From positions 60,968 to 124,967 of the forward strand of contig CAMQVP010000001.1 in NCBI GenBank assembly GCA_947038265.1: DNA of 64,000 nucleotides, given 5' to 3'. The notes beneath the pieces were generated by a model, which worked only from the letters and a program-made list of their open reading frames with translations, did no database searches and was not told the DNA's origin. Source of the stretch: an uncultured Roseburia sp. GTDB lineage: Bacteria; Bacillota; Clostridia; Lachnospirales; Lachnospiraceae. Every line of letters starts with the position of its first letter. Position 1 is the stretch's first letter. Made by a program: the position numbers and the translations under genes. This document shows positions 37,386 to 47,164 of this stretch, one piece after another.

Positions 37386-39230
37386 ATGCAAACAAACCAG
37401 ATATTCGAAAAAAGATTATCCTGCCGGCATGATGAACTGCGCTGGCTCTATATGGAACTCTATGGAAACCCTTCCATGTTTGCCGAACTTTGTGACAATA
37501 TGTTTCAATTTTACAAGGAACGCAGGCGCGAATTAAAAGCGCGTGATTCCCTGCGTGAGACGGAACCCGGCTGGTATAAAAAAAACGACCTGTTGGGCAT
37601 GATGTTCTACATCGACAATTTTGCCCAAAACCTGACAGGCGTGGAAAAAAAACTGGATTACATAGAGCAGTGCAGCGTCAACTATATCCACCTTATGCCC
37701 TTTTTAGAAACGCCGGACGGCCGTTCTGACGGCGGCTATGCCGTTTCCGATTTTAGGACTGTAAAAAAAGAACTTGGAACCATGGAAGATTTGGAACGCC
37801 TGACTTTTGCCTGTCACAAAAAAGGAATCCATGTCTGCATGGACTTTGTCATGAACCATACATCGGAAGACCATGAATGGGCAAAAAAAGCGCGGCAGGG
37901 CGACGGGGAATATATGAGCCGCTACTTCTTTTATGACAACTATGAAATACCGTCCCAATACGAGCAGACTGTCCCACAAGTCTTCCCGACAACGGCGCCC
38001 GGAAACTTCACATGGCTAGATGACTGCAGACATTACGTTATGACAAGCTTTTATCCCTACCAATGGGACTTAAATTATAAAAATCCAAGAGTTTTTAACG
38101 AAATGATCTACAACTTCCTGTTTCTGGCAAATAAGGGAATTGACATTATCCGTCTGGACGCCGTCCCTTATATATGGAAGGAATTACACACAAACTGCCG
38201 AAACCTGCCACAAGCGCATACCATCGTGCGTTTAATGCGGATTATCAGTGAAATTGTCTGCCCGAGCGTCTTGCTGCTTGGTGAAGTCGTTATGGAACCG
38301 GAAAAAGTCGTTCCCTATTTTGGGACTGTGGAAAAACCCGAATGCCATATGCTCTACAATGTAACGACAATGGCCGCCACATGGCATACGGTAGCCACAA
38401 GAGACGTCCGCCTGCTGAAACGCCAGCTTGACATTCTCCATTCCCTGCCAAAAGAATATATTTTCTTAAACTACCTAAGATGCCATGATGACATTGGCTG
38501 GGGTCTTGACTATCCTTCCTTAGAAAAAGAGGGATTTGCCGAAATTCCCCACAAACAATACCTAAATGACTATTTCAGAGGATTAGCGGGAAACAGCGTC
38601 AGCCGCGGAGAGCTCTACAATGACGACCCCGTGACGAAAGACGCAAGATTCTGTGGCGCAACCGCGTCTATGTGCGGCATAGAAAAAGCGGGATTTGAAC
38701 AAGATGATAACGCCATGGCAAAGGCTATTCAACTTGATCTCATGCTCCACGCCTGTATGTTTATGCAGTCAGGAATCCCGATGCTTTACAGTGGCGACGA
38801 AATTGGCCAAGTCAATGACTATTCCTACAAAGAGAACCCAAAAAAAGCAGGCGACTCGCGTTATCTGCATCGGGGCGCCATGAACTGGACGCTTGCCAAT
38901 CGCATAACTGATTTAAACACAGTGGAAGGGAAACTTTTTCATGGGCTTGAGCTGTTAGAGCAAATCAGGAAAACGGAACGCGTCTTCTGCGCAGAGGCAG
39001 ACGCAAGAACCGTAGAAACACAAAACAACGCGATCCTTTCTATCGAGAGGTCTTATGGCGGGGAAACGCTTATCGGCGCATTTAATTTCAGCGAAGATGA
39101 AAAAACAGCATGTTTAAACGCGCCGGACGGCATTTATACTGACTTAATTTCAGGCGGGGATAAGACCCCGGATTGTCTCCGGCTTATGCCATATGAATTT
39201 TGCTACCTGAAAAAGAGGAAACTTTCATGA
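37386..39230 (+). CDS. cytoplasmic GH13 alpha-amylase-family enzyme (amylosucrase / sucrose-utilising glucanotransferase-like)
   Basis: 614 aa with no signal peptide. GH13 regions ...VCMDFVMNHTS..., ...GIDIIRLDAVPYIW..., ...LLGEVVME... and ...FLNYLRCHDDIGWG... are present. Its length and N-terminal helical domain resemble amylosucrases. Confidence 0.7.
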   Translation: MQTNQIFEKRLSCRHDELRWLYMELYGNPSMFAELCDNMFQFYKERRRELKARDSLRETEPGWYKKNDLLGMMFYIDNFAQNLTGVEKKLDYIEQCSVNYIHLMPFLETPDGRSDGGYAVSDFRTVKKELGTMEDLERLTFACHKKGIHVCMDFVMNHTSEDHEWAKKARQGDGEYMSRYFFYDNYEIPSQYEQTVPQVFPTTAPGNFTWLDDCRHYVMTSFYPYQWDLNYKNPRVFNEMIYNFLFLANKGIDIIRLDAVPYIWKELHTNCRNLPQAHTIVRLMRIISEIVCPSVLLLGEVVMEPEKVVPYFGTVEKPECHMLYNVTTMAATWHTVATRDVRLLKRQLDILHSLPKEYIFLNYLRCHDDIGWGLDYPSLEKEGFAEIPHKQYLNDYFRGLAGNSVSRGELYNDDPVTKDARFCGATASMCGIEKAGFEQDDNAMAKAIQLDLMLHACMFMQSGIPMLYSGDEIGQVNDYSYKENPKKAGDSRYLHRGAMNWTLANRITDLNTVEGKLFHGLELLEQIRKTERVFCAEADARTVETQNNAILSIERSYGGETLIGAFNFSEDEKTACLNAPDGIYTDLISGGDKTPDCLRLMPYEFCYLKKRKLS

Positions 39231-40225
39231 ATGTATCTGACATTGCAAAATTAGCAGGCGTATCTAATTCCGCTGTTTCCCGCTACTTTAATCACGGATA
39301 CATCTCACAAGAAAAACGGGAAGCTATCCGCAAAGTCGTAGAGGAAACCGGATACCGCCCTTCCGTACAGGCGCAGACCCTTCGGACAAAAAAGACAAAT
39401 ATGATAGGCGTTATCGTCCCGAAAATCGCTTCTGCTTCGATCGGAAAAATTGTAGAAGGAATCCTTTCTGTCCTAAATAAGAGCAACTATCAAATGCTGC
39501 TTGCCGTTACGGAAAACGACCCGAAAAAAGAGTTAGAATATCTGTTATCCTTCAACAGAAAACAGGTAGACGGCCTGATACTGGCAGCGACCGTTTTTTC
39601 GGAAGAACATAAGCGCCTGCTCAAACACTTAACTGTGCCCGCCGTCATCACCGGACAAAAGCTTCACGGGCAGTTTTGCGTTTACCATGACGACTACCAT
39701 GCCGCCTATGACATCACAGAATATGTCTTAGAGAAAGGAAAGAGAAACCTAGCCTACATGAATGCAATCCTTTCTGACGAAGCGGCAGGGGCAAAACGTT
39801 ACCGCGGATACTGCGATGCTGTGCGGGACAGAGGCTTTGAAGCTCTTGCCGGCCAGCATATTACCGCAGACTTTACCGTAATTTCCGGCTATGAAAAAAC
39901 AAGAGAGCTCCTATCGCAGTATCCTGGTTTGGACGCCATTCTCTGCGCCACGGATTCCATGGCGGCAGGAGCTATGCAGTTCCTTGCCGAACATGGAATA
40001 ACCGTACCGGATCAAATACTCGTTACGGGACAAGACGACTCGGATATTGCGAGAGTTACATCTCCGCCGATTATTACAGTACATTATTCCTTTGAGACAT
40101 GCGGCGAAACTGCAGTCCGGATGCTTTTAGAACAAATAAACCAAAAAGACGCCGCTCCAAAAGAAGTAAAGCTCGGCTACTCTATTACTGATTATCAAAC
40201 AAAGGAGAACCCCTATGACAAATAA
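39227..40225 (+). CDS. LacI family transcriptional regulator
   Basis: MNVSDIAKLAGVSNSAVSRYFNHGYISQEKREAIRKVVEETGYRPS... is a helix-turn-helix followed by a periplasmic-binding-protein-like domain. The ATG overlaps the stop codon of the GH13 gene. Confidence 0.85.
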   Translation: MNVSDIAKLAGVSNSAVSRYFNHGYISQEKREAIRKVVEETGYRPSVQAQTLRTKKTNMIGVIVPKIASASIGKIVEGILSVLNKSNYQMLLAVTENDPKKELEYLLSFNRKQVDGLILAATVFSEEHKRLLKHLTVPAVITGQKLHGQFCVYHDDYHAAYDITEYVLEKGKRNLAYMNAILSDEAAGAKRYRGYCDAVRDRGFEALAGQHITADFTVISGYEKTRELLSQYPGLDAILCATDSMAAGAMQFLAEHGITVPDQILVTGQDDSDIARVTSPPIITVHYSFETCGETAVRMLLEQINQKDAAPKEVKLGYSITDYQTKENPYDK

Positions 40226-40853
40226 CGAAAGACGAGACTTAAATCTGCCTTATATCACGGACGATTCCGTTTTAAATGAACAAAAAACAGCCAGAAGGCT
40301 GACGCAGATATTAAACACAACTGACCGTTCGGACTTTGACGCTATAAAAAACATAGTCAAAGAATTATTTGGAAAATCGGAAAACGCTTTTGTCAATCCG
40401 CCCTTCTACTGCGATTATGGAAAAAACATTGAAGTCGGCAAAAACTTCTATGCAAATTACAACTGCACCATTTTAGATGTGGCAAAAGTCATGATCGGCG
40501 ACAACTGTATGCTTGCCCCGAATGTGGCGATTTACACAGCCGGCCACCCTGTACATCCGCTTACCCGCAACACATTATATGAATATGGCATAGAAATCAC
40601 GATTGGCGATAATGTCTGGATTGGTGGAAACACTGTCATCTGTCCCGGCGCGCATATTGGAAGCAATACTGTAATTGGCGCAGGAAGCGTCGTGACGAGA
40701 GATATTCCTGACTATAGCATCGCCGCCGGAAATCCCTGCCGCGTAATCCGAAGCATTACCGATGCAGATAAAAAATTTTATTTCCGGGACTTAGAATTTG
40801 ACGAAGAAACATGGAAGGACGCGCAACAGCGGTTAAAAGAACCGCCTGTTTAA
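40215..40853 (+). CDS. maltose/galactoside O-acetyltransferase (hexapeptide-repeat, Maa/LacA family)
   Basis: ...NPPFYCDYGKNIEVGKNFYANYNCTILD...IGDNVWIGGNTVICPGAHIGSNTVIGAGSVV.... Confidence 0.8.
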   Translation: MTNNERRDLNLPYITDDSVLNEQKTARRLTQILNTTDRSDFDAIKNIVKELFGKSENAFVNPPFYCDYGKNIEVGKNFYANYNCTILDVAKVMIGDNCMLAPNVAIYTAGHPVHPLTRNTLYEYGIEITIGDNVWIGGNTVICPGAHIGSNTVIGAGSVVTRDIPDYSIAAGNPCRVIRSITDADKKFYFRDLEFDEETWKDAQQRLKEPPV

Positions 40854-40880
40854 AAAGCCCCCTTACTAATTTATCATATA

Positions 40881-40926
40881 TAAACCCCCTGAAACGTTAT
40901 ATGTTTCAGGGGGTTTACTTTTTTCC
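40881..40926. terminator. bidirectional rho-independent terminator
   Basis: AAACCCCCTGAAACgttatatGTTTCAGGGGGTTT followed by actTTTTTTcc. It lies between convergent genes. Confidence 0.8.
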
Positions 40927-40928
40927 AA

Positions 40929-41726
40929 TCAAACTTCTAAAAGCTTAGAAACGCTGCTTCTCTTTGCAACATACAAGGGAAAGTCCTCTCCTTTGTAGGG
41001 GCAAAGCCCCATACTGATTTCCAGTTTTACCGTTTCATATGCAAGCTCAGGATAATTATTTTCCTTGCTTAAATGCCCCAGCATAACCGCATGGACGTCA
41101 TCATGGAGGATTTCCGCCAAAAGCTGCCCACACCGCTCATTGGACAAATGTCCCCGTTCTCCGGAAATCCTCTGTTTTAAATAATAGGGGTATGAACCCG
41201 TTTGAAGCATATGTATATCATGATTTGCTTCTAACAGCAAAAGATGAATCCCCCTTAATTTTTCTACAATATAAGAGTTGTAATTTCCAAGATCCGTCAC
41301 AACTCCCGCCGATTTCCCTCTGCTTCTTATCACATACGCAACCGGATCTGCCGCATCGTGGGAAATGGAAAAAGGAGCAATTTCAAGTTCCCCCACCGTA
41401 AACGGTTCGTCCGGCGCAATGACATGGAACAGGCTTTCGTCAATTTTTCCGACAGACTTTGTATTTAAAATTGCCTGTTTCGTATTCTCTGTCGCATATA
41501 TGGGAACGCCGTATCTTCTGGCAATTACGCCAAGGCCGCCTATATGGTCAATATGCTCATGGGTAATTAATACGCCCTTCATTTCAGAAGTTTTATGCCC
41601 ATATTCATTTAAGCCCTGTTCAATTTTCCTTCCGCTGATCCCTGCGTCTATTAAAACGTGGCTGTTGGCGCTTCCCGCCATTATGCAGTTTCCACTGCTC
41701 CCGCTTGCAATGCTAAGTAATTCCAT
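40929..41726 (-). CDS. MBL-fold metallo-hydrolase (YycJ/WalJ-like)
   Basis: ...HVLIDAGISG...LITHEHIDHIGGLGV... is the HxHxDH motif; 265 aa. Confidence 0.8.
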   Translation of the reverse strand: MELLSIASGSSGNCIMAGSANSHVLIDAGISGRKIEQGLNEYGHKTSEMKGVLITHEHIDHIGGLGVIARRYGVPIYATENTKQAILNTKSVGKIDESLFHVIAPDEPFTVGELEIAPFSISHDAADPVAYVIRSRGKSAGVVTDLGNYNSYIVEKLRGIHLLLLEANHDIHMLQTGSYPYYLKQRISGERGHLSNERCGQLLAEILHDDVHAVMLGHLSKENNYPELAYETVKLEISMGLCPYKGEDFPLYVAKRSSVSKLLEV

Positions 41727-41729
41727 TGT

Positions 41730-44504
41730 TTAAGTCTCTTTCCAATAAATTTCCACTTCATCTCCACTGTAAAGCGGCTGCATATAGCCCGCGGAGTCTC
41801 CATTGACAGTCGTGACAATCGCCCGCCCCCTTGAGTCCGCCAGGTCAAAGTTTATAAAATCAAAAATATCGACAAATATATAGTCCATTTTTCCGGTAAG
41901 CGTCACGGGTTCCCCATTTACCGTAATCCGAATTGCGACCCATGGGTTTTGCGGATATCCGGCGTCTTCTTCCGGCTGTCCGCCCTTCTCTTTTGGTTCT
42001 TCTGATTTTTTCTCTAATTCATCAGACGGCTGTGGCGTAGGTAAGAGCTCTGGCTCTGTGTTTTTATCCTCAATCTGCGCTGACGCTTCTGGTTTTACGG
42101 CAATCACGGGCAGCGTTTCTTCATATTGTACGTTTAACACTTCCCAGTCTATTGTAAAATTCTCATAAATTAACGTCTGAAATCCGGCAGGGCGGTTATT
42201 CACAAGTATTTCAAAATCCATGTCGATTTCCACGTCCATAAATTCTGCAAGCTGCGCGATTGTATAGAAATTTCTCGTCTCGATGACGTCCCCTTCATGG
42301 ACTTCATAGGAAGAAAGTTCAATACTGCCGTTGACTTCTACAAATTTTGGACAGCGTATCGTCTTTCCATTGACAATAAACGTCACAGATTCTTCGGTAT
42401 AATCCGTTATATCTGCAAGCGTCACTTTTGCGGCGTCTCCCGCCGTTGACGGCTCAACTGTAATATAACTGTTTGCAATCAAAGGCGCGTTAATGTTCGT
42501 CAGTTTCCCGTTTACTTTGACAACCGCAGATTCCCCGGCTTCCCCTCTTGCAATCCTCGGGCTTCCGTTTACCGTAAAATTAATTTCCCTGCCCCGTTTT
42601 GGGAACAGATATTCATTTGGAAAGCCCGCCTGTAGCGCGGCGTCGACGATTGTCAAACGGTTATTGTCATACAATTTAATCCGTTCACCGTTAAAATGCA
42701 CCATAATAAAGCTATTCCGCTGTTCAAAATAATTTAAGCAAATGCCGACCGGCGTAACGAGCAGAGGATCTTTCTTCACTCCCGGCTGTTCAAATGTGAC
42801 TTGCCGCAGGACTTCTTCCCCGCGCAGCGCCACACGCTCATACGGAAGCTCCAGCTTATCCGCAAGCCTTGTGTCAAATCCATGCGCTTTTCCGCCGCCG
42901 CCGACAATAAACGCCGCCTTGACTGTCTCACCGCCGTTTAATTCGATAATTTTATCTGCAACTTCTGTCGTAATCCGCTCTACAACTTCGTCCGTCAGCT
43001 CCCAGACTTCTTCCGAGCTGATTTTATGGTCTAACATCATAATATCCGTATATTCCACCTCGCCCCCTAACGTAGAGGCCAGTTTCATATATTCCGCCAT
43101 TTGGAAATCGACCAGATACTTCTGGACAATGACTTCCGTTATCTCATCTCCCGCAAGCGGAATCATGCCATATGCGATAATGCTTCCGTCTCTTGTCACG
43201 GAAATATCGGACGTGCCCGCCCCCACGTCAATCAAGGCGATATTAAGCATACGGAAGTTTTCCGGTATGGCAATGTCAATCGCGGCAATCGGCTCTAATG
43301 TCATGTTCGCTACGGACAGACCGGCTATGCCGACTGCCGCATAAAGCCCGTCTATTACGTCTTCCGGCAAAAATGTGACAATAATGTCTTCCGCGATTTT
43401 TTCCGCCTTATGGCTTTCTATGCTTTGGAAAATTTCCCCATTCAAATAATATTTGACAACGGAATACCCGACACAGTAAAATTTGTAGTTCGTATCATTT
43501 TTTTCCTGAAGCTCTTTTTGGGCTTTTTCAATCCCTAACAAATCCAATGTATGAATATCTTCTGCAAGCACGACGCTTTCCACTTCAAAATCGTATTCGA
43601 TATGGGTCGTCACAGTCTTTAAGACACGTCCTGCCGCTGCGACGCAGACAGAAGTAAGCGTCTGGCCGATCTGATCTTCTAATGCTTCTTTTACACGGCG
43701 AATCGTATTTCCAACCCTTCCAATGTGATGAATCTGCCCATCTAACATTGCGCGCGTTTCATGTTCGATTGAATGCTGCGCAAGCACGATAAATTCTTTG
43801 TCAATCCGGTATCCGACTGTTCCGACGACATTACGCGTCCCGATGTCAAGACCGAATACCAAATCTTCTCCTATCTGCCTTTTTTCCATCTCACTGCCTC
43901 CTACCTCACCATGTCTGGCAAATGCTTTTTGAATTTCTTCATAAGCTTCTTCTAACGTACCGTTATTTTCAATCACGACAGCGCAATGCCTGCGGTACTC
44001 TGAATCAGAAAGCTGGCTCCCTAATATATCGTCAATTTTTTCATCAGAGTATCCTCTCGTTTCTTTTAGCCGTTTCCGCCGGATTGGTTCGGCTGCGTCA
44101 ATTAACCAAAGCTCATCACATATTTTATCATATCCTTCTTCAATTAAAAGAGCCGCTTCTAAAATAAAATAAGAATATATTTCCTCTTTTCGCTCTTTCT
44201 CGACAAGACGCAAAATTTCCTGCTTCACTGCGGGGTGGACGATTTTGTTTAGCGTTTCCCGTTTCCCGCTGTCAGAAAAAATGACTGCGGCAAGTTTTGC
44301 GGAGTCAAAGCCGCCTTCCTTAGTATAAATGTCCTCTCCTTCAAATGCGTCTTTGAGTTTCGCAAAACATTCAGAGCCGGACTGCATAAGCTCATGGGCA
44401 AGCTCGTCTGCCAAAACTATTTTTGCGGGATATTCCTGTTCTATATAACGCAGGATTTTCGACTTTCCGGCTCCTGCGCCTCCTGTGATTCCGATAAATT
44501 TCAT
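41730..44504 (-). CDS. coaE: dephospho-CoA kinase (CoaE) fused in frame to an FtsA-like actin-fold ATPase and tandem S4/ThiS-like beta-grasp repeats. These are possibly two genes joined without a stop codon.
   Basis: The N-terminus MKFIGITGGAGAGKSKI (P-loop) and the following region to about residue 200 look like CoaE. A GGAGG box (reverse complement of 43898-43903) lies 8 nt upstream of the internal ATG at 43889 (MEKRQIGEDLVFGLDIGTRNVVGTV). Downstream are the actin-fold phosphate-2 motif ALIDVGAGTSDISV and the adenosine motif FIVGGGGKAHG. The C-terminal 350 aa or so repeat x(V/F)NG...GD(V/E)IE about seven times. Confidence 0.6.
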   Translation of the reverse strand: MKFIGITGGAGAGKSKILRYIEQEYPAKIVLADELAHELMQSGSECFAKLKDAFEGEDIYTKEGGFDSAKLAAVIFSDSGKRETLNKIVHPAVKQEILRLVEKERKEEIYSYFILEAALLIEEGYDKICDELWLIDAAEPIRRKRLKETRGYSDEKIDDILGSQLSDSEYRRHCAVVIENNGTLEEAYEEIQKAFARHGEVGGSEMEKRQIGEDLVFGLDIGTRNVVGTVGYRIDKEFIVLAQHSIEHETRAMLDGQIHHIGRVGNTIRRVKEALEDQIGQTLTSVCVAAAGRVLKTVTTHIEYDFEVESVVLAEDIHTLDLLGIEKAQKELQEKNDTNYKFYCVGYSVVKYYLNGEIFQSIESHKAEKIAEDIIVTFLPEDVIDGLYAAVGIAGLSVANMTLEPIAAIDIAIPENFRMLNIALIDVGAGTSDISVTRDGSIIAYGMIPLAGDEITEVIVQKYLVDFQMAEYMKLASTLGGEVEYTDIMMLDHKISSEEVWELTDEVVERITTEVADKIIELNGGETVKAAFIVGGGGKAHGFDTRLADKLELPYERVALRGEEVLRQVTFEQPGVKKDPLLVTPVGICLNYFEQRNSFIMVHFNGERIKLYDNNRLTIVDAALQAGFPNEYLFPKRGREINFTVNGSPRIARGEAGESAVVKVNGKLTNINAPLIANSYITVEPSTAGDAAKVTLADITDYTEESVTFIVNGKTIRCPKFVEVNGSIELSSYEVHEGDVIETRNFYTIAQLAEFMDVEIDMDFEILVNNRPAGFQTLIYENFTIDWEVLNVQYEETLPVIAVKPEASAQIEDKNTEPELLPTPQPSDELEKKSEEPKEKGGQPEEDAGYPQNPWVAIRITVNGEPVTLTGKMDYIFVDIFDFINFDLADSRGRAIVTTVNGDSAGYMQPLYSGDEVEIYWKET

Positions 44505-44515
44505 ACTGTCTCCTG

Positions 44516-47164
44516 TTATTTGGCTTCGTACCAGTTTTTTCCGGTGTGCATGTCAATCTCTAAATCAACCGACAAATCTGCCGCGCCCTGCATTTCTTCC
44601 ATTAGAATCTGTTTGACTTGCGCAAGCTCATCTTCTCTTGCTTCGATTAACAGTTCATCATGCACCTGTAAAATCAATTTGGATTTCAGCCCGCTCTTTG
44701 CCAGACGGTCATGGACGCGTATCATTGCGATTTTAATAATGTCTGCCGCAGTTCCCTGAATCGGCGCATTCATTGCGACGCGTTCGCCAAACGAACGCTG
44801 CATAAAATTGCCGGACGCCAGCTCCGGCAGGGGCCTTCTTCTTCCAAACATCGTTAAGGAGTATCCGTTTTCTTTTGCCGATGCCACCAGCCCGTCCAGA
44901 AATGTTTTTATCTTCGGATACGATTCAAAATAACGTTCGATATATTCCGCGGCTTCTTTTTTGCTAATGCTTAAATCTTGGCTTAAGCCAAAAGAACTGA
45001 TCCCGTACACAATGCCAAAATTAACCGCTTTTGCGTTTCGCCGCTGTAAATCCGTCACTTCCTCAAACGGCGTATGGAATACCTGCGATGCAGTGATTCT
45101 ATGAATGTCCTCCGCCTGGCGGTAAGCCTGAATCAGCGTTTCATCTTCCGACATATGCGCCAGCACGCGCAGTTCAATCTGGGAATAATCCGCATCGACA
45201 AAGACACAGCCTTTGGCCGGAAGGAACACCTTTCGGATTGATCTGCCAAGTTCCATGCGGATCGGGATATTCTGTAAATTCGGGTCCGCGCTGCTGATCC
45301 TTCCCGTCGCCGTAATCGTCTGATGGAACACGCTGTGAATCCGCCCTGTTTCATCAATGAAGTTTGCCAATCCGTCCGCATATGTGGATTTTAGTTTCGT
45401 AAGCTGGCGGTATTCTAAAATATCCGCCACGATAGGATGCTCTGCGGCAAGTTTCTCCAAAACGTCCGCCGCCGTGGAATAGCCTGTTTTGGTTTTTTTG
45501 CCGTTTGGCATTTTTAACTTTTCAAATAATATCACGCCTAACTGTTTCGGTGAATTAATATTAAACGTCTCTCCCGCCTGCGCGCAAATGCTTTTCTCTA
45601 ACGCTTCTATCTTTCCAGACAAACTCCTCCCATATTCGGCAAGGGCGTCCCTGTCCGCCGCAATGCCTTCACGTTCCATGGAAGACAGCGTATAGACAAG
45701 CGGAAGCTCTATTTCTTCATATAATTTGAGCATATCCGTTTCTTTCAGCCGTTCGGTTAAACGTCCTCTTGCGTTCCACGCTGTATACGCCATATAGCAG
45801 GCAAATGTCAAAAATGCGTCTTGCTGTTCTTCCACAGCCGCTTTTAAGCTTGATTTCCCCAATAAATCTGCCTGCGATAACAGCATCAGGCCGCAGACGT
45901 CTTTTGCAATCTCTACATAGGTATACTCGCTTTGCAGTGGATTTAACAAATAGGCTGCAATCCCGCAATCAAACAAGCGCTTACGGATCGCGCCGTCCGC
46001 TTCGGGAAGCTCTAAAAATTTGATATGCGGCTTTAAATCCAAAAAAGACACGTCTGCCTGCATTGTGATTTCTTTTAGCTTCTCTTTTAAATACGCCTCC
46101 GTTAAAAAACCTCCGACCAAAAGAAACGCCGTCTTATCTTCCGTATAGCAAATGGAAGCCCCAAGAAACTCCCCGTCTTCCACAAAACACGCCATGCCAA
46201 GCGCCCCGTTTTCTTTTGCATTCGCCAGAAATTCTTCCGCCTGCGTAAAATCGCTGATTATTTGGAAATACGTTTCCATCTGGTTTTTCGGCGCGTCTAA
46301 ATCAAAGCGGCCCAGCATCTTTTTAAAATCGAGCTTCTTGCAAAGAAGATACGCTTCTTCCGTATAAAAATCTTTTACTATTGCATCTTCGAATGAAAAA
46401 TCAATCGGGACATTCACGTCAATCGTCGCAAGCGTTTTCGAAAGCTGCGCCATATCATAGTGGTTTTTTAAGTTTTCTTTAGCGCGGTTTGGCTTAATTT
46501 CATCTGCATGGGCATACGCATTTTCTATGCTGCCGTATGCGGCAATCAGATTCGTCGCCGTCTTTTCCCCGATTCCCGCCACGCCCGGAATATTGTCCGA
46601 CGCATCGCCCATCAGCGCCTTTACGTCTATAAATTCTGACGGCGTGACCTGATACCGTTCCTTCACGTCTTTGGCAAAATAGTCTTCAATTTCCGTCCCC
46701 GTTTTCTTCGTTTTCGGGATTCTGATTTTTACGCGGTCCGTGGCAAGCTGAAGCAAATCCCTGTCGCCGGATACGACAGACACAAAAAAACCCTCATTTT
46801 CTGCGCGTTTTGAAAGCGTCCCCAGCAAATCATCTGCTTCAAATCCTGCTAACTCTACGGTTTTTATGCCCATTGCCGCCAGCATTTCTTTCATCAGGGG
46901 CACCTGCTCTTTTAGTTCTTCCGCCATCGGCTTTCTTGTGCCTTTATATTCCGGATACATCGTATGGCGGAACGTCGGCTCATGCACGTCAAAAGCAACC
47001 GTCAAATACTCCGGCTGCTCCTCGTCTAATATTTTAAATAAAATATTTAAAAATCCAAACACTGCATTTGTATGGATTCCCTCGGAATTGGTCAAATCCC
47101 GCACTCCGAAAAACGCGCGGTTTAAAATACTGTGTCCGTCGATTAAAACTATTTTTTTACTCAT
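44516..47164 (-). CDS. polA: DNA polymerase I
   Basis: 882 aa. The 5'-3' exonuclease N-terminus MSKKIVLIDGHSILNRAFFG..., the polymerase motifs ...RRNAKAVNFGIVYGISSFGLS... and ...LQVHDELLIEA.... It lies immediately upstream of coaE, which is the conserved polA-coaE order. Confidence 0.95.
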   Translation of the reverse strand: MSKKIVLIDGHSILNRAFFGVRDLTNSEGIHTNAVFGFLNILFKILDEEQPEYLTVAFDVHEPTFRHTMYPEYKGTRKPMAEELKEQVPLMKEMLAAMGIKTVELAGFEADDLLGTLSKRAENEGFFVSVVSGDRDLLQLATDRVKIRIPKTKKTGTEIEDYFAKDVKERYQVTPSEFIDVKALMGDASDNIPGVAGIGEKTATNLIAAYGSIENAYAHADEIKPNRAKENLKNHYDMAQLSKTLATIDVNVPIDFSFEDAIVKDFYTEEAYLLCKKLDFKKMLGRFDLDAPKNQMETYFQIISDFTQAEEFLANAKENGALGMACFVEDGEFLGASICYTEDKTAFLLVGGFLTEAYLKEKLKEITMQADVSFLDLKPHIKFLELPEADGAIRKRLFDCGIAAYLLNPLQSEYTYVEIAKDVCGLMLLSQADLLGKSSLKAAVEEQQDAFLTFACYMAYTAWNARGRLTERLKETDMLKLYEEIELPLVYTLSSMEREGIAADRDALAEYGRSLSGKIEALEKSICAQAGETFNINSPKQLGVILFEKLKMPNGKKTKTGYSTAADVLEKLAAEHPIVADILEYRQLTKLKSTYADGLANFIDETGRIHSVFHQTITATGRISSADPNLQNIPIRMELGRSIRKVFLPAKGCVFVDADYSQIELRVLAHMSEDETLIQAYRQAEDIHRITASQVFHTPFEEVTDLQRRNAKAVNFGIVYGISSFGLSQDLSISKKEAAEYIERYFESYPKIKTFLDGLVASAKENGYSLTMFGRRRPLPELASGNFMQRSFGERVAMNAPIQGTAADIIKIAMIRVHDRLAKSGLKSKLILQVHDELLIEAREDELAQVKQILMEEMQGAADLSVDLEIDMHTGKNWYEAK

